DNA of 62,969 nucleotides, counting the filler, from Choristocarpus tenellus KU-1152 (Eukaryota > Protista > Phaeophyceae): NCBI GenBank assembly GCA_964200185.2. It is 9 parts of 9 records of this genome, joined end to end, with 100 filler letters (N's around TTAATTAATTAA, not from the genome) between each part and the next. Parts side by side here need not be neighbours in the genome. Positions count along the whole stretch, not along the records: positions 30,735 to 46,126 come from CAXNAD020001007.1; positions 46,227 to 51,751 come from CAXNAD020010528.1; positions 51,852 to 57,354 come from CAXNAD020010596.1; 6 more parts are not named here. One strand, 5' to 3'. Both the position numbers and the translations under genes were made by a program. The notes under the pieces are model-generated. The model ran no database searches, was not told the origin of the DNA, and saw nothing but the letters and a program-made list of their open reading frames with translations. Shown here piece by piece: positions 39,034 through 51,924 of the stretch (the stretch's first letter is position 1; each line of letters starts with the position of its first letter).

Positions 39034-41260
39034 TCATACATCTGATTTCACACTCCAGACATGTATGGAAATGGAACGCAGAAGTATTTTGTGGAACAGT
39101 AGTGCTTGTATGGAATTAGGCGGTCCCATACACGGCAGAGCAGTACGGGGGAGAGAGACCAGAGCACGAGAAGTCTCCTCCCCAGGAGGCTGAGTCAGGG
39201 GTAGGGGTGGGGGGAAGTGAATCGTGCAGAGGGTGAAGTGGAACAGGCAATCAATGTAGCAGGTAAAGGGTCGACCAGTACACCATCTACATGGACTCAA
39301 CATATGCTGCATTTTCCCCTCTGCTCCCCTATCCCCCTCCTCTACCCACTCCACCTAACTCTACGCACCAATGCACCCAGACCTGAATTTGGTTCAAAGT
39401 ATCTGGGGGGAGGGGGGCGTCTACACTAGGGTGTCCATTCGGCCACTGACCTGGAAAAGTGCACTTACACTATCCATCCGACACATGCAACCAAATCACC
39501 CCAAAATCGCGACTTGGAAAAAAGGGCCCCGAATGGACAGCCGTCACCCTCCCCTGATAATTTGAGTATTTATATATTTCACGTACTCTAGAAACTACAT
39601 GCCCCTCTAATGCCACCTCCAAGGTGGAAGAAGAATCGCAAGGTATGTTCTGCCTTCCAGGAGTCCTATTAAGTGAAGAACTCTGCACAAAGTTCAATGT
39701 GCTGCTGCGTGTCCTTCCGCATATGCACTAGGTGGTGTACATGCCAGAAATTATGCGGCAAGATTCCACAGAGGGACCTTTATGTCGTGCTGAGGCATGA
39801 GGCACTGGGGGGGTGGATACTTCCAGTATGCATTCAGTCATGCTGGCCACCCACTGCAGAGTGGCAGTGCGTTTGTGACTCTGTGCGAGGTGAATGGACA
39901 GGAAACAACTATCAAGAGGAAACGCAAGAGCATCTGATAGGGGATTCAAGCTAACATGTCTCGTCATCATGTCGATGTGTCCATACCAAACAGGGAGGGG
40001 GGAGTGTAACTTTATTAATAAATGTACAGAATACGATGCGAATAATAATATGTAACCGAAAGCACTTGGGATCATTTTTCATATCTTAGTAGGATATTCA
40101 GAGAGAATCAATTCTAGGCTTTAATATCCACATCTTCAAGACTTCTTATTTTTATATCCTGATGAGTATTCTAGAAGCTTTGTATGTGTTCAGTTTTAGT
40201 GATTTCTTCTAAAAGGAACAGGTTTTAAACCGAGCCCCATCATTAATAATAGTATCACTCTTCTCTTTTCAACAACCTGAACACGTTTAGCAAGGGGGAA
40301 TCATGTAAGGCTCCCATTAAATTATTTTCTCTACTTACATAATGACACAAACGGAGTCTAAATCAGCGCAATATATTCATCTCACATCAGAGAGCGACGC
40401 AGGGTGGCTAAAGCTTTCTTGGGGAGGGGGAATGGGACTTCAGTTGTTTGTCTTCCGTTGAGCAGAGAGTAGTGGCTAAGGCTTTTGAGGATGGGGATTG
40501 CTGGACTTCATTTTCTTGTCTTCTCTCAAGCAGAAATGGAGGATGAATAGAGGTTTTGTTGGGGAGAGAGTGGGACTTTGGTCTTGCATTCCGTGGTTCC
40601 CAGAAGAAAGGGCAAGACAGAAAGAATTGGCCAGAGCAAAGAGGGAAGTGAAGCAGTTGCATCTAAGATTTTCATTTATTTACAGCACATTGAGCACATC
40701 AACTCATGTGTGTTCCTGGGTGGGAGGAATTACGGACTTGTCGCCCTCCCATGAAAGTCGTGTATGAAGTAATTGATTGGTTTTCACACCTTTGTTCAAA
40801 AAAACATGATGTCGTGATGCTTGAAACAATATGCTGATATTGTCACCGAGAAAGGAGCAACATGCACCATACTCCGTCTCCTCCTTCAAATCTTCTGGTG
40901 GGCCCGCCCCGAAGTTTCCACCTTGATCTTGTTCTGGCGTTTTTGTGCTATTGGACAAGACAGGATAGAGCAGGTGTAACTATCTGTTGTTGTGCTTGTC
41001 ACATGGATTAGTATCACCAAAACCAGATTTCATTGATAAGAAGTCTGGCGTTGAAGAGTTCAAACCCTCAGAAGAAATGCAGGTAGTACATCACCTTTGA
41101 GGCATGAGTATGCGGAAGCGCCTCTGGAACCCCCCAAAGTAATAATGGGAATAAAAATAAGAAGATATCCATAAAATAAAATAAAAATATCCAGGAACAA
41201 ACAGGATATCATTTGGTACCAGAGATAGTGTAGAATCCGTAGTTCTCCATGGTGTTCCCA
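39034..41260 (-). CDS. Possible multi-exon hypothetical gene
   Basis: Exon-like blocks near 39034-39190, 39586-39665, 40385-40620, 40704-41070; no homology recognised and phases not fully resolved. Confidence 0.22.
39391..39567 (-). mobile_element. MITE family 2, full copy (about 177 bp)
   Basis: GGTTCAAAGTATCTGGGGG ... CCCCTGATAATTTGAGT; TSD ATTT; reverse complement of the 13507-13776 internal sequence. Confidence 0.85.
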
Positions 41261-42461
41261 ATATGGACCTCGGATGATAAATAAACAGATTTACTTGACT
41301 TAAAAAAATGAGCCTGGTGTTGAACCGTGGGGTTTAATGCACGGACCAACCACTTAGTTACGAAGACGACAGAATATTATTTCTTGCAAGCAAAACATAG
41401 AATCTCTATTGTTGCTACGTTTGTTGTGTTGTCTGCCTTGTGTGTTGTCCATATAATCTGTTGCTGGTATACCACAAAACAGAGGCCGGATCAAGAACTA
41501 GATGGCAAGGCTTCATTGCCAAGCCATGCCAAGCCATAGGTCCAGCACAAGATTCAAGGGAGGAAGCAAAGCAACAAGCTGTGGGATGTCTGAACTCAAT
41601 GCGTGAAAAGCAAAGATTGAACGGAAGCAGAAAAAAAAATGATAGTAGTGCAACAAATAGTACAGCACCTAGTTGGAAGTGGTGTAGTGTGCAGTGCCTC
41701 TGACCAGACCATCAAATCCAAATAACGATTCACTTGTATCTCGTATGTCACTGACTTTCGGAGTGCCGTCAGTCACTACTGACCGCAATCAGTCTCTAGA
41801 TTGCATAACTGATTACATACGATTATCAAGTTCATCAACGACCGATAGTCAGTCACGGATTTCTCATTTTCCGTAATAACCCCACATTCTTGATCGAGAA
41901 CAAACATATGCCTTCCGGACATAAAATATGTAAGTGTGTGGGAGGTACATCTGTGTTACACTCGAAAGATAATTCTTATCAACCCACGTGCCTTATTTAA
42001 GATATCTTTAAAAGGGTATCTCCACTGTATTTATTATTGTCTGGCTCAGGAGATCGGTTGAAAGGCCCTAGGACTAAAAAATTGTACTACATACAAATAT
42101 CCTCAAAAGAGAATCTTCTGTTGGTCATTTTTTTGTGTTAGCGTCTGAATTTGTGACTCAATGGAGGTGAACATCCCACATCCTTATCTTGTTAGCAGAC
42201 TCGTTTCTAATTTGTTGTTGATCACTTTAGTGGACATACTTCGACTCACAGCAACCCTGAGCGAACGTATGCATGTTAAGGCTAAAGCTAATCCAGCTCA
42301 TCCAGGAATTAATCACTCTGCTTGTGCACCAAGACGCCCAAAGGTTTCTTCGACTAAGAAAGTGCTGGGGTTAAATCTACGGTCAAGGATCCTAGTAGTA
42401 GCAGCCCTGTTTTTTGTAGATAAGTCCTGCACGTTGCTTTTTTCTTAGACCTCTGCGAAGA

Positions 42462-43231
42462 TTACACCCACCTGTAGACCCTTTTCCCGGTATTTAGCAG
42501 TGAGTGGCTGTGTTGGATAGTGCCCCACCATGGAATACTACATCCATCCTTGGTGAAATTCCGACCAACGGTAAAGGGACTTACATCCTCCAGGGTGCAA
42601 AGGATGTCCACCCGCCTGCAGATACTACCCAGTTGCCTCTGGTCTGGTGCACTCGTCCTCCAGCTCTGAGGTTTGTGCATTTGTGCCTAGTGTCCACACA
42701 CTGCCTTCTGCATCGAGGTACTGGACAGCGATTGGACAGTGCCACCTCTCCCCCTAAATATGGGTTCGCTATGAGGCAGAATTCCTGGGAGGGGATCTGC
42801 CTTGCTGGCTCGAGGGTTGATTGGTTACCCACGAATTATTGGCCCCTTGCCCACACTGCCCACTCCTGTTGTAATAATGTGCTAAGACCACTATATCAGA
42901 AGAACCCCTTCCAGTTTTGGGATCTCCAGGAGGTTTGCCAAGTGGGTGTTTTAAGACATTGATCCGGACCCGGTTGAGGAAATGGGTGATCTCATTTTTA
43001 GCCCGTGTTGGTGTCCCTCCTGCATTTTGGGCTGCCAGAATGCGGGCTGCTTCTAGGGGTTGCCTTGGAGGGGTTGTATCACCCCAGTGTATCCAGGTAT
43101 GGCTGATGATCATGGGAGTCAGATCTTCAGTTTACAAGGAGTCCTACAGATGTTCCCAGAACTGGCACATTACGGTTAGATCAGATAGCCGCAGCAAATA
43201 CATCACCAGAGACTATTCCCTGTCTCACTAG
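42462..43231 (-). mobile_element. RLE-type non-LTR retrotransposon 3' part (zinc knuckle and RLE start), degenerate
   Basis: TLEPARQIPSQEF..YLGGE..CPVPRC...DTRHKC..RAG..HQ followed by E..PFT..RN, the CCHC plus RLE lead-in of CRE-like elements; frameshifted. Confidence 0.7.
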
Positions 43232-43919
43232 GAGGGTGGGTAGGGTGAGTGCTAATAATGATTCTACAAAAGCTGCATGTTAGCGATGGATCATAGAGGA
43301 CAGATCCCAACCAAAGCGCACTCTGCACCACTATTAGAATTTGACACCTGGGGTTGGATCTAGTTGTGGCGTGCTGTCTACGGAGGTGAGACCTCCCCCA
43401 GAAGGAAATTTAACAACAAAGATGCAGTCATTGTTATTTATTATCTGTAGAAATAGTATTGAATGAATATGTCCACTCTGGGTAAAGTTGAGAATATGAC
43501 AAGAAACTGAAGGAAATGGGAGAGTTCCACGTAATAGGAACGGTAGTATCACGAAAAACACAAAGATACAACCAAACCTCGTCTACTTCCACGTGATTGC
43601 TTCAATACTCTCATAATATACCCGAGTCAGATCATAACAAATTGGTGGGTTGGCCCTCCCTTGGTATGGAGCCAATTTGTATGGCGGGCAAGTTGTGTGT
43701 TTTACAGCAGTACCATGTACAAAGTATCATATGCCAAGCATTAAGTACCAAGTACATCTATCTGGTGGTCCGCCAGAGACGCGCGATTTTTTGTTTTCAG
43801 ACGCACGAATGAGTTCAACTTTGTTGAAACACAACTACCAAAACAGATTTGCTCATGACTGTGTTTAGACCACTGACTTTCCAACCTGGGGTTGAGGCAG
43901 TGGTGTGTCTGCCAACCCT

Positions 43920-45064
43920 ATGACTTCCCGTCTGCTGTTTGGACTGCTGGTGAATCTCGCCTTTGGAGAGTCCTACATGACAGCCCTACGCAACGTTCGG
44001 CGGTGCCTGAGCTGTACTACTTTTATCTCGCCCCTCACCAGCGACATTCCAGCTTGGTGGAGATGGGATGCACGCCCATTCGCAGGACGTTTGGAAGTAT
44101 TTAGGCCCTTAAATGAAGCACGTGCAGTGAAACAACTGACCGGGGTGCTTCCACGCGCAGCAAGATTGTCTATGCCAGCGTCCGAAGATGATATCAACGA
44201 ACATGACCACTGGTCGACGCCAGTACATCAAGAATCCTCTGGAGCAATTTTCGACCATCCAATGGCACTATCTCACGTAGCTGACATTGCACGAGTCTCA
44301 CCGGACTCTGTGCGCATAGTTCCGCCCCCGTCGCACAAAGGGATGACTGGAGGTGCGGGCACCGTGGCAGGGGGAGGAGGATCTCGAGAGGAGCCATCCT
44401 CTGAGGGGTCGTTCGTGGAGCTCTTTCGAGCAAGTGCGCCTTACATCCGTGCACATCGTGGGGCGACAATGGTGGTACATATGGGGGGGAGTGTCCTCGA
44501 TAGTCAAGGCTTCCTTGGCCTGATGGATGATATAGGGCTACTTTGTCTGCTTGGGGTGAGGATTTCGGTTTTTGATCTTGGTTGTGGCTTTCAATGCACC
44601 ATCTCAACCTGCCTTATTTTTGTGTAGTAGCTACTCTTGGAGCTGCATAGCGTCTGACCCTAGCGGGGCTCGCGTAGTTGCACTTCTCTCGACAACTCGT
44701 GAAAATCGTTCTTCTAGTGTTTTTTCTTCGATGATCAGGACAGGCGGCTTTCGTTTCGGTATTTGAAGTTTCATCTGCCAGTAGGCTTTGCTGCGTACTA
44801 CTCAAACCACACCATACGCCTTGCCACCCACCAAGCCATAACTTAGCTCACTCGAAAGCATCCCCCCCGTCGCTTCAACGCTCATTATATTGCATCAGTA
44901 TCTCACCATAGTGATAATTCAATCCCACATCCTCCCTTGTCCTACAGGTTCATATTGTATTGGTTTGCGGAGCACGCCCTCAGATTGGAGCTCTTCTGAA
45001 TCAGGCAGGTATCAAGGAGGAGTTCCGAGACGGAAGGCGTATTACCAGCCCTGAGGCGCTGAAG
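43920..45064 (+). CDS. argA: N-acetylglutamate synthase (ArgA-type), 5' part, probable plastid presequence
   Basis: Exons 43920-44555 and 44948-45064: FVELFRASAPYIRAHRGATMVVHMGG..DIGLLCLLG|VHIVLVCGARPQI..GRRITSPEAL is the ArgA amino-acid-kinase domain. Remainder lost beyond the linker at 46127. Confidence 0.92.
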
Positions 45065-46226
45065 GTAGCAAGCGTTTGACTGAAATTGTACCACACCCCT
45101 TAAAGTCACAAACTCATTGGCCCATCTCTTGCTCACCAACCACTTTCCAAGTTTTTTTTGTATCAGTATGGTCATGCAAGGTATTCTGTGTATGGTCTGG
45201 ACTCCCATTCACTACATTTATACCTCTAAACTATTCCTTGTGAAGCAATTTTGGTCAAATACATCGTACAACCTTGGTTGCCCTAACCTTTTAAGGGTGC
45301 AAGATAACACAGTGCAGTGTCTACTGCTAGTCCTGTAAAGCCGAATTTGTCTTACTTGTGCACAATGCACAGGCATTGAGACAGTGGTCCCACTTGATGT
45401 ACGCCTGTTGTGCACTGGGCTTGCTGCCAGTGGAGCACAACAATTTTTCTGCTCTGACTAAAAGCAACAAAGCAAAACCAATGGTCTGACTAGAGACATG
45501 TCTATGTTCATCACAGTAGCACCGACTACTATAGTCCTCATTGGTTTTGAGAACAAATGTGTTTGCTTTTGCTATGCTCAAAATGATATCGGGATAAAGT
45601 ATTTCCTGACCTGTTCCCCCTCAAGTGGCCGTTGTTAAGAAGGGTTTGTGATATGCGTGGCAATTGCAATACCAGATCTATGAATTGAATGATAATACGC
45701 TTGTGTCGGCTCTGACCTGTATGTCCTAACCCTAGGCCATAATGTTGTTCACACTGAATCAGAGTAAACTTGTGGTTCATGACCTATCATATAAGCATCT
45801 GCTACAGGAGCAACAATTCTGAGGTGATCCTCTTGCGCTTCCAGATGCCCAAAAGGAACCTCAAAACTATTATCCCCCGTGTGATAATTCGTAGTGAAAA
45901 GAAATGAAGGATACCCACTCTTTACTTAGCTTGCTGCCCAGACAAGATCACCCTTACAAGGTTTACCAAAGCCCACCCCTCTATCAAGTCCTTTCCTTAC
46001 GTGCACAAGTGGGGAGGAGAAGTTCCCCTAAGAGAGAGGCATTCAATCCCCCTCCCTCCCTCCCTCCCCCCCTCCCCCCCCCCCCCCCCCCCCCCCGGCA
46101 TTGCCCTCCCACCTTGGCCCATAAAGNNNNNNNNNNNNNNNNNNNNNNNNNNNNNNNNNNNNNNNNNNNNTTAATTAATTAANNNNNNNNNNNNNNNNNN
46201 NNNNNNNNNNNNNNNNNNNNNNNNNN

Positions 46227-46277
46227 AATCGATACCCTGGTGTAGACTCCCCCCCCCCCCCAAACATACTTTGAGCT
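46227..46277 (+). mobile_element. MITE family 2, right end
   Basis: GATACCCTGGTGTAGACT-poly-C-ATACTTTGAGC at a contig start. Confidence 0.7.
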
Positions 46278-47392
46278 CTACTCTTCACAAGGAACCAGTT
46301 GGTACGACCACCCCACTCTGACTGATCTTATGGGAAAGGAGAAATTGCTCTGAATGGTTAAGTTAAAAGATACCCCTACTACAAAATACTCGAAGTAGTA
46401 GAAAGTAGTATATACACCTATCAGTTGAGGAGTTGCTTTTTCGTTTTTCATGCATGCCAACTTGTTTCCACACAATACCTCTGTTAGTATTTCTGACGTA
46501 ATAGTAGTCCTCCATGACGTGTTGTTTCCTTCACATTGTATTATTTTTATGTTTTGTTTGGTCCTCCCCTTAACATTTCTTGATGATCCTACATTACAAT
46601 CCCTAGGACATGTCAGCGGGCACAAGCATATACACATACAGGCAGAGAGACCTATTTCTGGATGAGGTAGTGACCCATAATATTGTAGGAGATAGGGGAG
46701 CGGAGGGTTTCAACATAAAATGAGCTGTACAAGAGCCAAACGAATTGAGAGGTAGGAAGGTTTGGGTACATTTGCATTTATTTAAGTCTGTGCGATACAC
46801 TCCTTTTCATTGCTATATTTGTACAAGTAGTAGTGTTGTTTTTCCCCCTTTCCACACAAAATGACCTCCAAGGATCCATCCATTCTCACCCACCTTCACA
46901 AAGTTACATTTTTGGAAGTGTTGGTTCAGGTATTTTCTTGTCCACAATTGTTTTTGCAGGATGGTATTATGTATAGTATACATTCCTCTATACGTATATA
47001 CTGTGCTACATATATTTGGTTGACTTCTCTAATTTAAATTTTTATCCTACATATATTATTATCATGCCCTCTGACATTTTGCAGATGTGTCGGGGGGAAA
47101 ACAAATGAAAACTATACATGTTAGTATAAGCCCTAAAGAAAACAAATATCATAAATGTGAAACACTCTAAAACACTGTGAAAGCCACTAATCTATCAGTT
47201 ACTTCACCACTATCAATCCTACATATAAACACATATGACAATATGTTTATATACAGTATACTGATGAATTTCTACGTACTACATACGCACCAGAATAATA
47301 CCGACCGTCCATCCAACCACGCAGATATTTTATGAGTTGACCCGACTTTCTCCTCGTCCTTGACCTTTGACTTAGGAGAGTGAATATCAAAG

Positions 47393-50300
47393 ATGTTCAT
47401 GCGGACTCACCGTCAGGGATCTGGAGTATATTGGATATGCATATCACTTTATATATGTCTGCTATGTTTAAATTCCATGGTCTTGGGAGATGTAGGGGTG
47501 ACTCAGTCCCTCACACGAACTGACAGGGTGACGGAATACTCCCAGCTCACCTCAGGAAATGTCACCTCCATCTCTGGCTCACCCAACAGAACCCTTGTTG
47601 AAGGGAGCTATGGGTGGTCGGCAGAAGATGTTGCAGGAGTCAACCAGTCCAAACGTGGCGTAAAACCCCCAAGGTACAGGTTGGCAAGGCCCCGGAACCA
47701 AGTGCTGACGATGAGTGTCACGTGGTATCATGTTGCCGATACGAGAAGACGTAAAGCTTGTATACACACGGACGTTCTTACATACACCGAGTATCAACGG
47801 GTATTTATCGTTTCAATGTGATACAGATTGGTGAAAGTCAGGCTAGCCGACTTCTCACACAGCTCTAGTATTCTTACACTTGCCAGGAGGAAGTTGCATC
47901 GAAGGTTGTTGGTGGGACATACCTTAGTAAAAAAAGAGAGATAGCCTTCTTATGTACCCTGAGATCAATGGAGGAAGGGGGGGTGGAAGTATGGACTAGA
48001 GTAGCAATGTGGATGGTATCTGTGTTATGTTTTGTAAAGTAGTAACATTGGAGAAGGTGGGTGTCGACTACCTCTTCGAACTATCTATTAGCAACAGACT
48101 TCCAAGGATGTCTCTTTTAGCAATTGCACATACATTAGGCCATTAGACTGACGCTGCTCGAATCACCTCTGCTCGTTATTATATCTTGTATCCATATTTG
48201 GAATTGTCCAGTATATCGATGGAAACGAAGTATATAGTATGTTAGAGCCCTTCTTTGAAACCAACACTATCTCCCCTCCGTCACCTATGTCAAGCCTCCA
48301 TTCACACTACCCCAGTCTTCGTACTGTGCTTTTCTGTATCCTTTACACCACACGTTATCTATGGCTGTTTCTGCTGGAATTGACATTATCAGATCCAAGC
48401 TCCAAGAGGAAGGTGACCTCCTCCTGAAGTCTGTATTTAAGCTCACCAAGCACACATCCCATGGTCTGTACCGGGCTGTCAACGTTTCTGGCAATGCACT
48501 CTCTGTGGTGACCGGAAGCGTCTTTAAAATTGCAGGGGCGGCTGTGCTAGATGCTGCAGGTAAGGAATGTAAGCTGTGTGTTTGTGGTGGACTCACTGCC
48601 CCACTTCCCAGAAAACATTCTTGAATACAGTTGGGAATAGGTGGCGGAGCAGCAGGCGTCATGGGTTGATTATGGGTGGGGCTTTCACAGGGGACCAGGG
48701 TTGGAATGCTTTGGAAGTGAGGGGCGAGTTAATCCCAGGAGGACATGGGGGCAATTGGGAGTGTATGCTCTGTGTGTGTTGTGCGATGTGATCACGTGTG
48801 CTAGCCCTCGTGCAGAGACATTTATTTTCTGCTGTTTCTTCTTATTCCCCTCTTGCACTTGACAAATTTCTGAGCGAGAGCATGAAGGTCGGGGCAGGGG
48901 GAAGCAATGAGTAGTCTGGGCTGTCTGTGTGCATGTTCATGTCGTCCTCCAAACCCACTACAGACATGTGCAACATCTAATGGACTGGAAAAAATGCCAC
49001 AGTTGCTTGTCATTGAAGTGCGTACACAATCGGTTTTTGACTCCCAGGGGGCCCCTTTCCTTCGATTATAATGCCTGATAAATTATACATTGCTCTCCCT
49101 CATGCCCAGTATTTTCTCGTGTACTTGTCCTAATGTTGCTCATTCCAACTGCCTCGATCCTTTACCCGCACATGTTGATCTTCCTGGGCCTGTAGAGGGG
49201 ATGTCCTACGCCAGCGAAGTGTCGCCTGTGAACATTCCGGTTCTGGATGGTGAGGACAGCCTGAAGGAGGCTCTATTGTATGGTGGCCGTGTGTGGTTCA
49301 GTTTGTTGACACAAGAGCTACAGCAATTAGAACTCAAATAGAGTGCTAAGTAGTAGCAATACCTTTGATGGTGGGTATGGGGCATTGCACTAAAAGCATT
49401 TTTTAGACCAATGGAACAGCCTGCGCATCACTTTGAACCAATATGACTACCTTTATTCTTGCAACCTTTCCCACCCCCCTCAATATTTGAACTTGATTCT
49501 GCTCATGTAGCAAATTGCTCGTCCTGTCGTACAAGTTGGCAAACCCTAACCCTAATTCAATCCACAGCCATGAGGTGGAGATAGTACAGCAACATTGTAT
49601 TATACTTTACTCCTCCTGGGTCAGTCAGAAATATTGACAAATGCTGATTTACCGACGCATACATGTCCATACAGATACACATACACACGTATATACACAA
49701 CACACACACAAACACACACAGAGAGATTCATGCATGTACAGCTGCAGCAACATTATGCGACTGTTGTAGTGTTCATTGAAGGACATGTTCCCCTGTATAC
49801 TATCAACTTACTGTGTCAGGATGCGGTAGTGAGCGTGTTGTAGAAGTGCAGGTTTCGTGATTTTTTTTTGTTTCACCTAGACTGGAATGTATGCATGTAC
49901 TGTAACAAATGAACAAGAGTTAGTGATTCTCCATTGCTCCCTCCCCCTCCCCCCCCACCTACCACCTCCTCATGCTTGGAAGTCTACTCTTGCTCCTTTG
50001 CTTCTCGCCTTGCATTCTGTTTTAATTTAGTTTTTTATTTTGTTTATGCTATTGCTCTGGTTGAAATATATTTTTGTGTTTATTTCTCAAAATGTAAGTG
50101 CTTTTTTTCCCCCCCACCTCTACACTTTACTCCTCTGGTCTTTTCTGTCAACTATTCTTTGAACTATTATTGAGTGCTTTGTAAACGATTAAAAAAAGCT
50201 CGTGTTATCTTAGATTAATATATAATTTACTTCAATCTTCAATCTAGTTTTCGAAACCCTCACCGAAACTGCAGCTGTTATTATTTACCTGAACCACTAA

Positions 50301-51121
50301 TGCTTCAGTTTGTTGTTTTGTGTTCTTTTTTTTCTGTACCTGGAAGAGGGGTACCGCCTCCTGGCTAAGGGTTTGAAGGAGACCGGGAAGGCAGTATACA
50401 AGATAGGCGAGACTGCTCAAAACGTCACTGCAGAGGCAACAGAGGTAGTATTTGTGTGCGTGTGTGTGCTTTTTGTGTGTGTGGCGAGTCTTGATTTTTT
50501 TTTGCTTTGTCTCCCTCTTTTACTACAGAAAAAAATTTAGGGGTCCAGTGAAAAGCTTGAAAAATAGCACTCCTGAAAATGTCACACGGTTTGTTTTGAA
50601 ATAGGTTATTAGGTTATTGCTAGTGTGGCCCTATATTAGAAACAGCATAGCGTACGTGAGAAATACCTCTTCAAAATATACATTAATACATATTTCAAAT
50701 TGATGCTTTGAACCCCCCCCCCCCCCCCCCCCTCCCCCCCCCCCCCCCCCCCCCCCTCCCCCCCCCCCCCGGGGGGTGGTTTTTGGACTACGNNNNNNNN
50801 NNTGCTTTGACCCCCCCCCCCCCTCCCCCTCCCTATCCCCCCCCTCCTCCTCCCGGGCAACGCGGTGGTTAATGGTGGTCCGTTTGGTTTTCTGGAATGT
50901 TGGAAGGCGGCAGAAGACGGATTGCGTTTTCTCGTGGATGGAGTGATAGAGACTGCAGAAGATACCACCAGTTTTCTTTTCAGGGAGGATGATGGGGAGT
51001 GGGGTGGATCTAACAACTTCTTCAGCAACGAAGAGGCCCAAATCATGGACAACCTTGTGTTCGACCTTGTTCCCCCCCCTGGAGGCGGACCCATGGAGGA
51101 AGGAGAGGGAGGAGCCACCAC

Positions 51122-51169
<48 letters not shown>

Positions 51170-51671
51170 ATGTATGTCCACATGTGTTTGAGAACTGTGT
51201 GTGTAACTGGTGCGCAGGATACTACTGTCCTCCTGTGGCGTGCAGGGGATGTGTGCGCGCAAGTGTGTGTCTGCCTGCCTGTGTCCTCTTTGAAACTTGT
51301 TCTGTCAAGTTGAAGCGCGATTCGAGCTATCGGTCATGTAGTATTAATCTCTGCCCCCCTTTCCCCCCCTCTTCCCTCCTGTTCTGGTTTCATTGTACCC
51401 TCATTTCTTTTTATACAACCAAACTGCTCACTTGTCCGTTTCATTGTTTCACTTGGCTCTCGGCAGGGGATACCCCACCCTGCAAAGGGACGGCAACTTA
51501 CATACCCTTCCGGCAAAGGGTGAGACTCTGCATCCGTCGTTCTATCATGAGGAGCAGTACGGCAGTACCCTCAATGAGGTTTCCGCAGTTATTGGCATGT
51601 GCAGGCGTGTTTATGTCAAGGGTGCTCACCTCCAACCGGTGGTACAGCTTTGCCAGCTTTGTTGCAGCCAG
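47393..51671 (+). CDS. Signal-peptide-bearing hypothetical protein (3' truncated)
   Basis: Phase-consistent exons 47393-47673, 48393-48559, 49196-49288, 50347-50444, about 50862-51123, 51467-51671; N-terminal hydrophobic stretch YWICISLYICLLCLNSMVLG; Gly/Ala-rich helical middle. Confidence 0.68.
51124..51167 (+). repeat. (GT)n microsatellite starting at a splice donor
   Basis: CAG|GTGTGT... about 22 units. Other SSRs: (TATG)n about 51701-51751, (CA)n 19493-19519, (TA)n about 17150-17180. Confidence 0.9.
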
Positions 51672-51924
51672 GTAGAAAATAGGAGAGGGTGGTGTGGGTG
51701 TATGTATGTATGTATGTATGTATGTATGTATGTATGTATGTATGTATGTATNNNNNNNNNNNNNNNNNNNNNNNNNNNNNNNNNNNNNNNNNNNNTTAAT
51801 TAATTAANNNNNNNNNNNNNNNNNNNNNNNNNNNNNNNNNNNNNNNNNNNNCCGGATTGGTTTTTTCGGCACCCAAGGAGGGGGGGGGGGGGGGGGGGGG
51901 TAAGGTTTTGAGGCAAGCAGGCAC

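Noticed and set aside
41440-41703. AP2-like peptide RWQGFIAK...SREEAK
   Set aside because: Too few conserved positions and no splice support
41735-41875. Hammerhead ribozyme
   Set aside because: No CUGANGA plus GAAA core in the required arrangement on either strand
31784-45064. Amidotransferase plus NAGS as a glutamate/arginine gene cluster
   Set aside because: Same contig but about 6.6 kb apart with TEs in between; no established shared pathway
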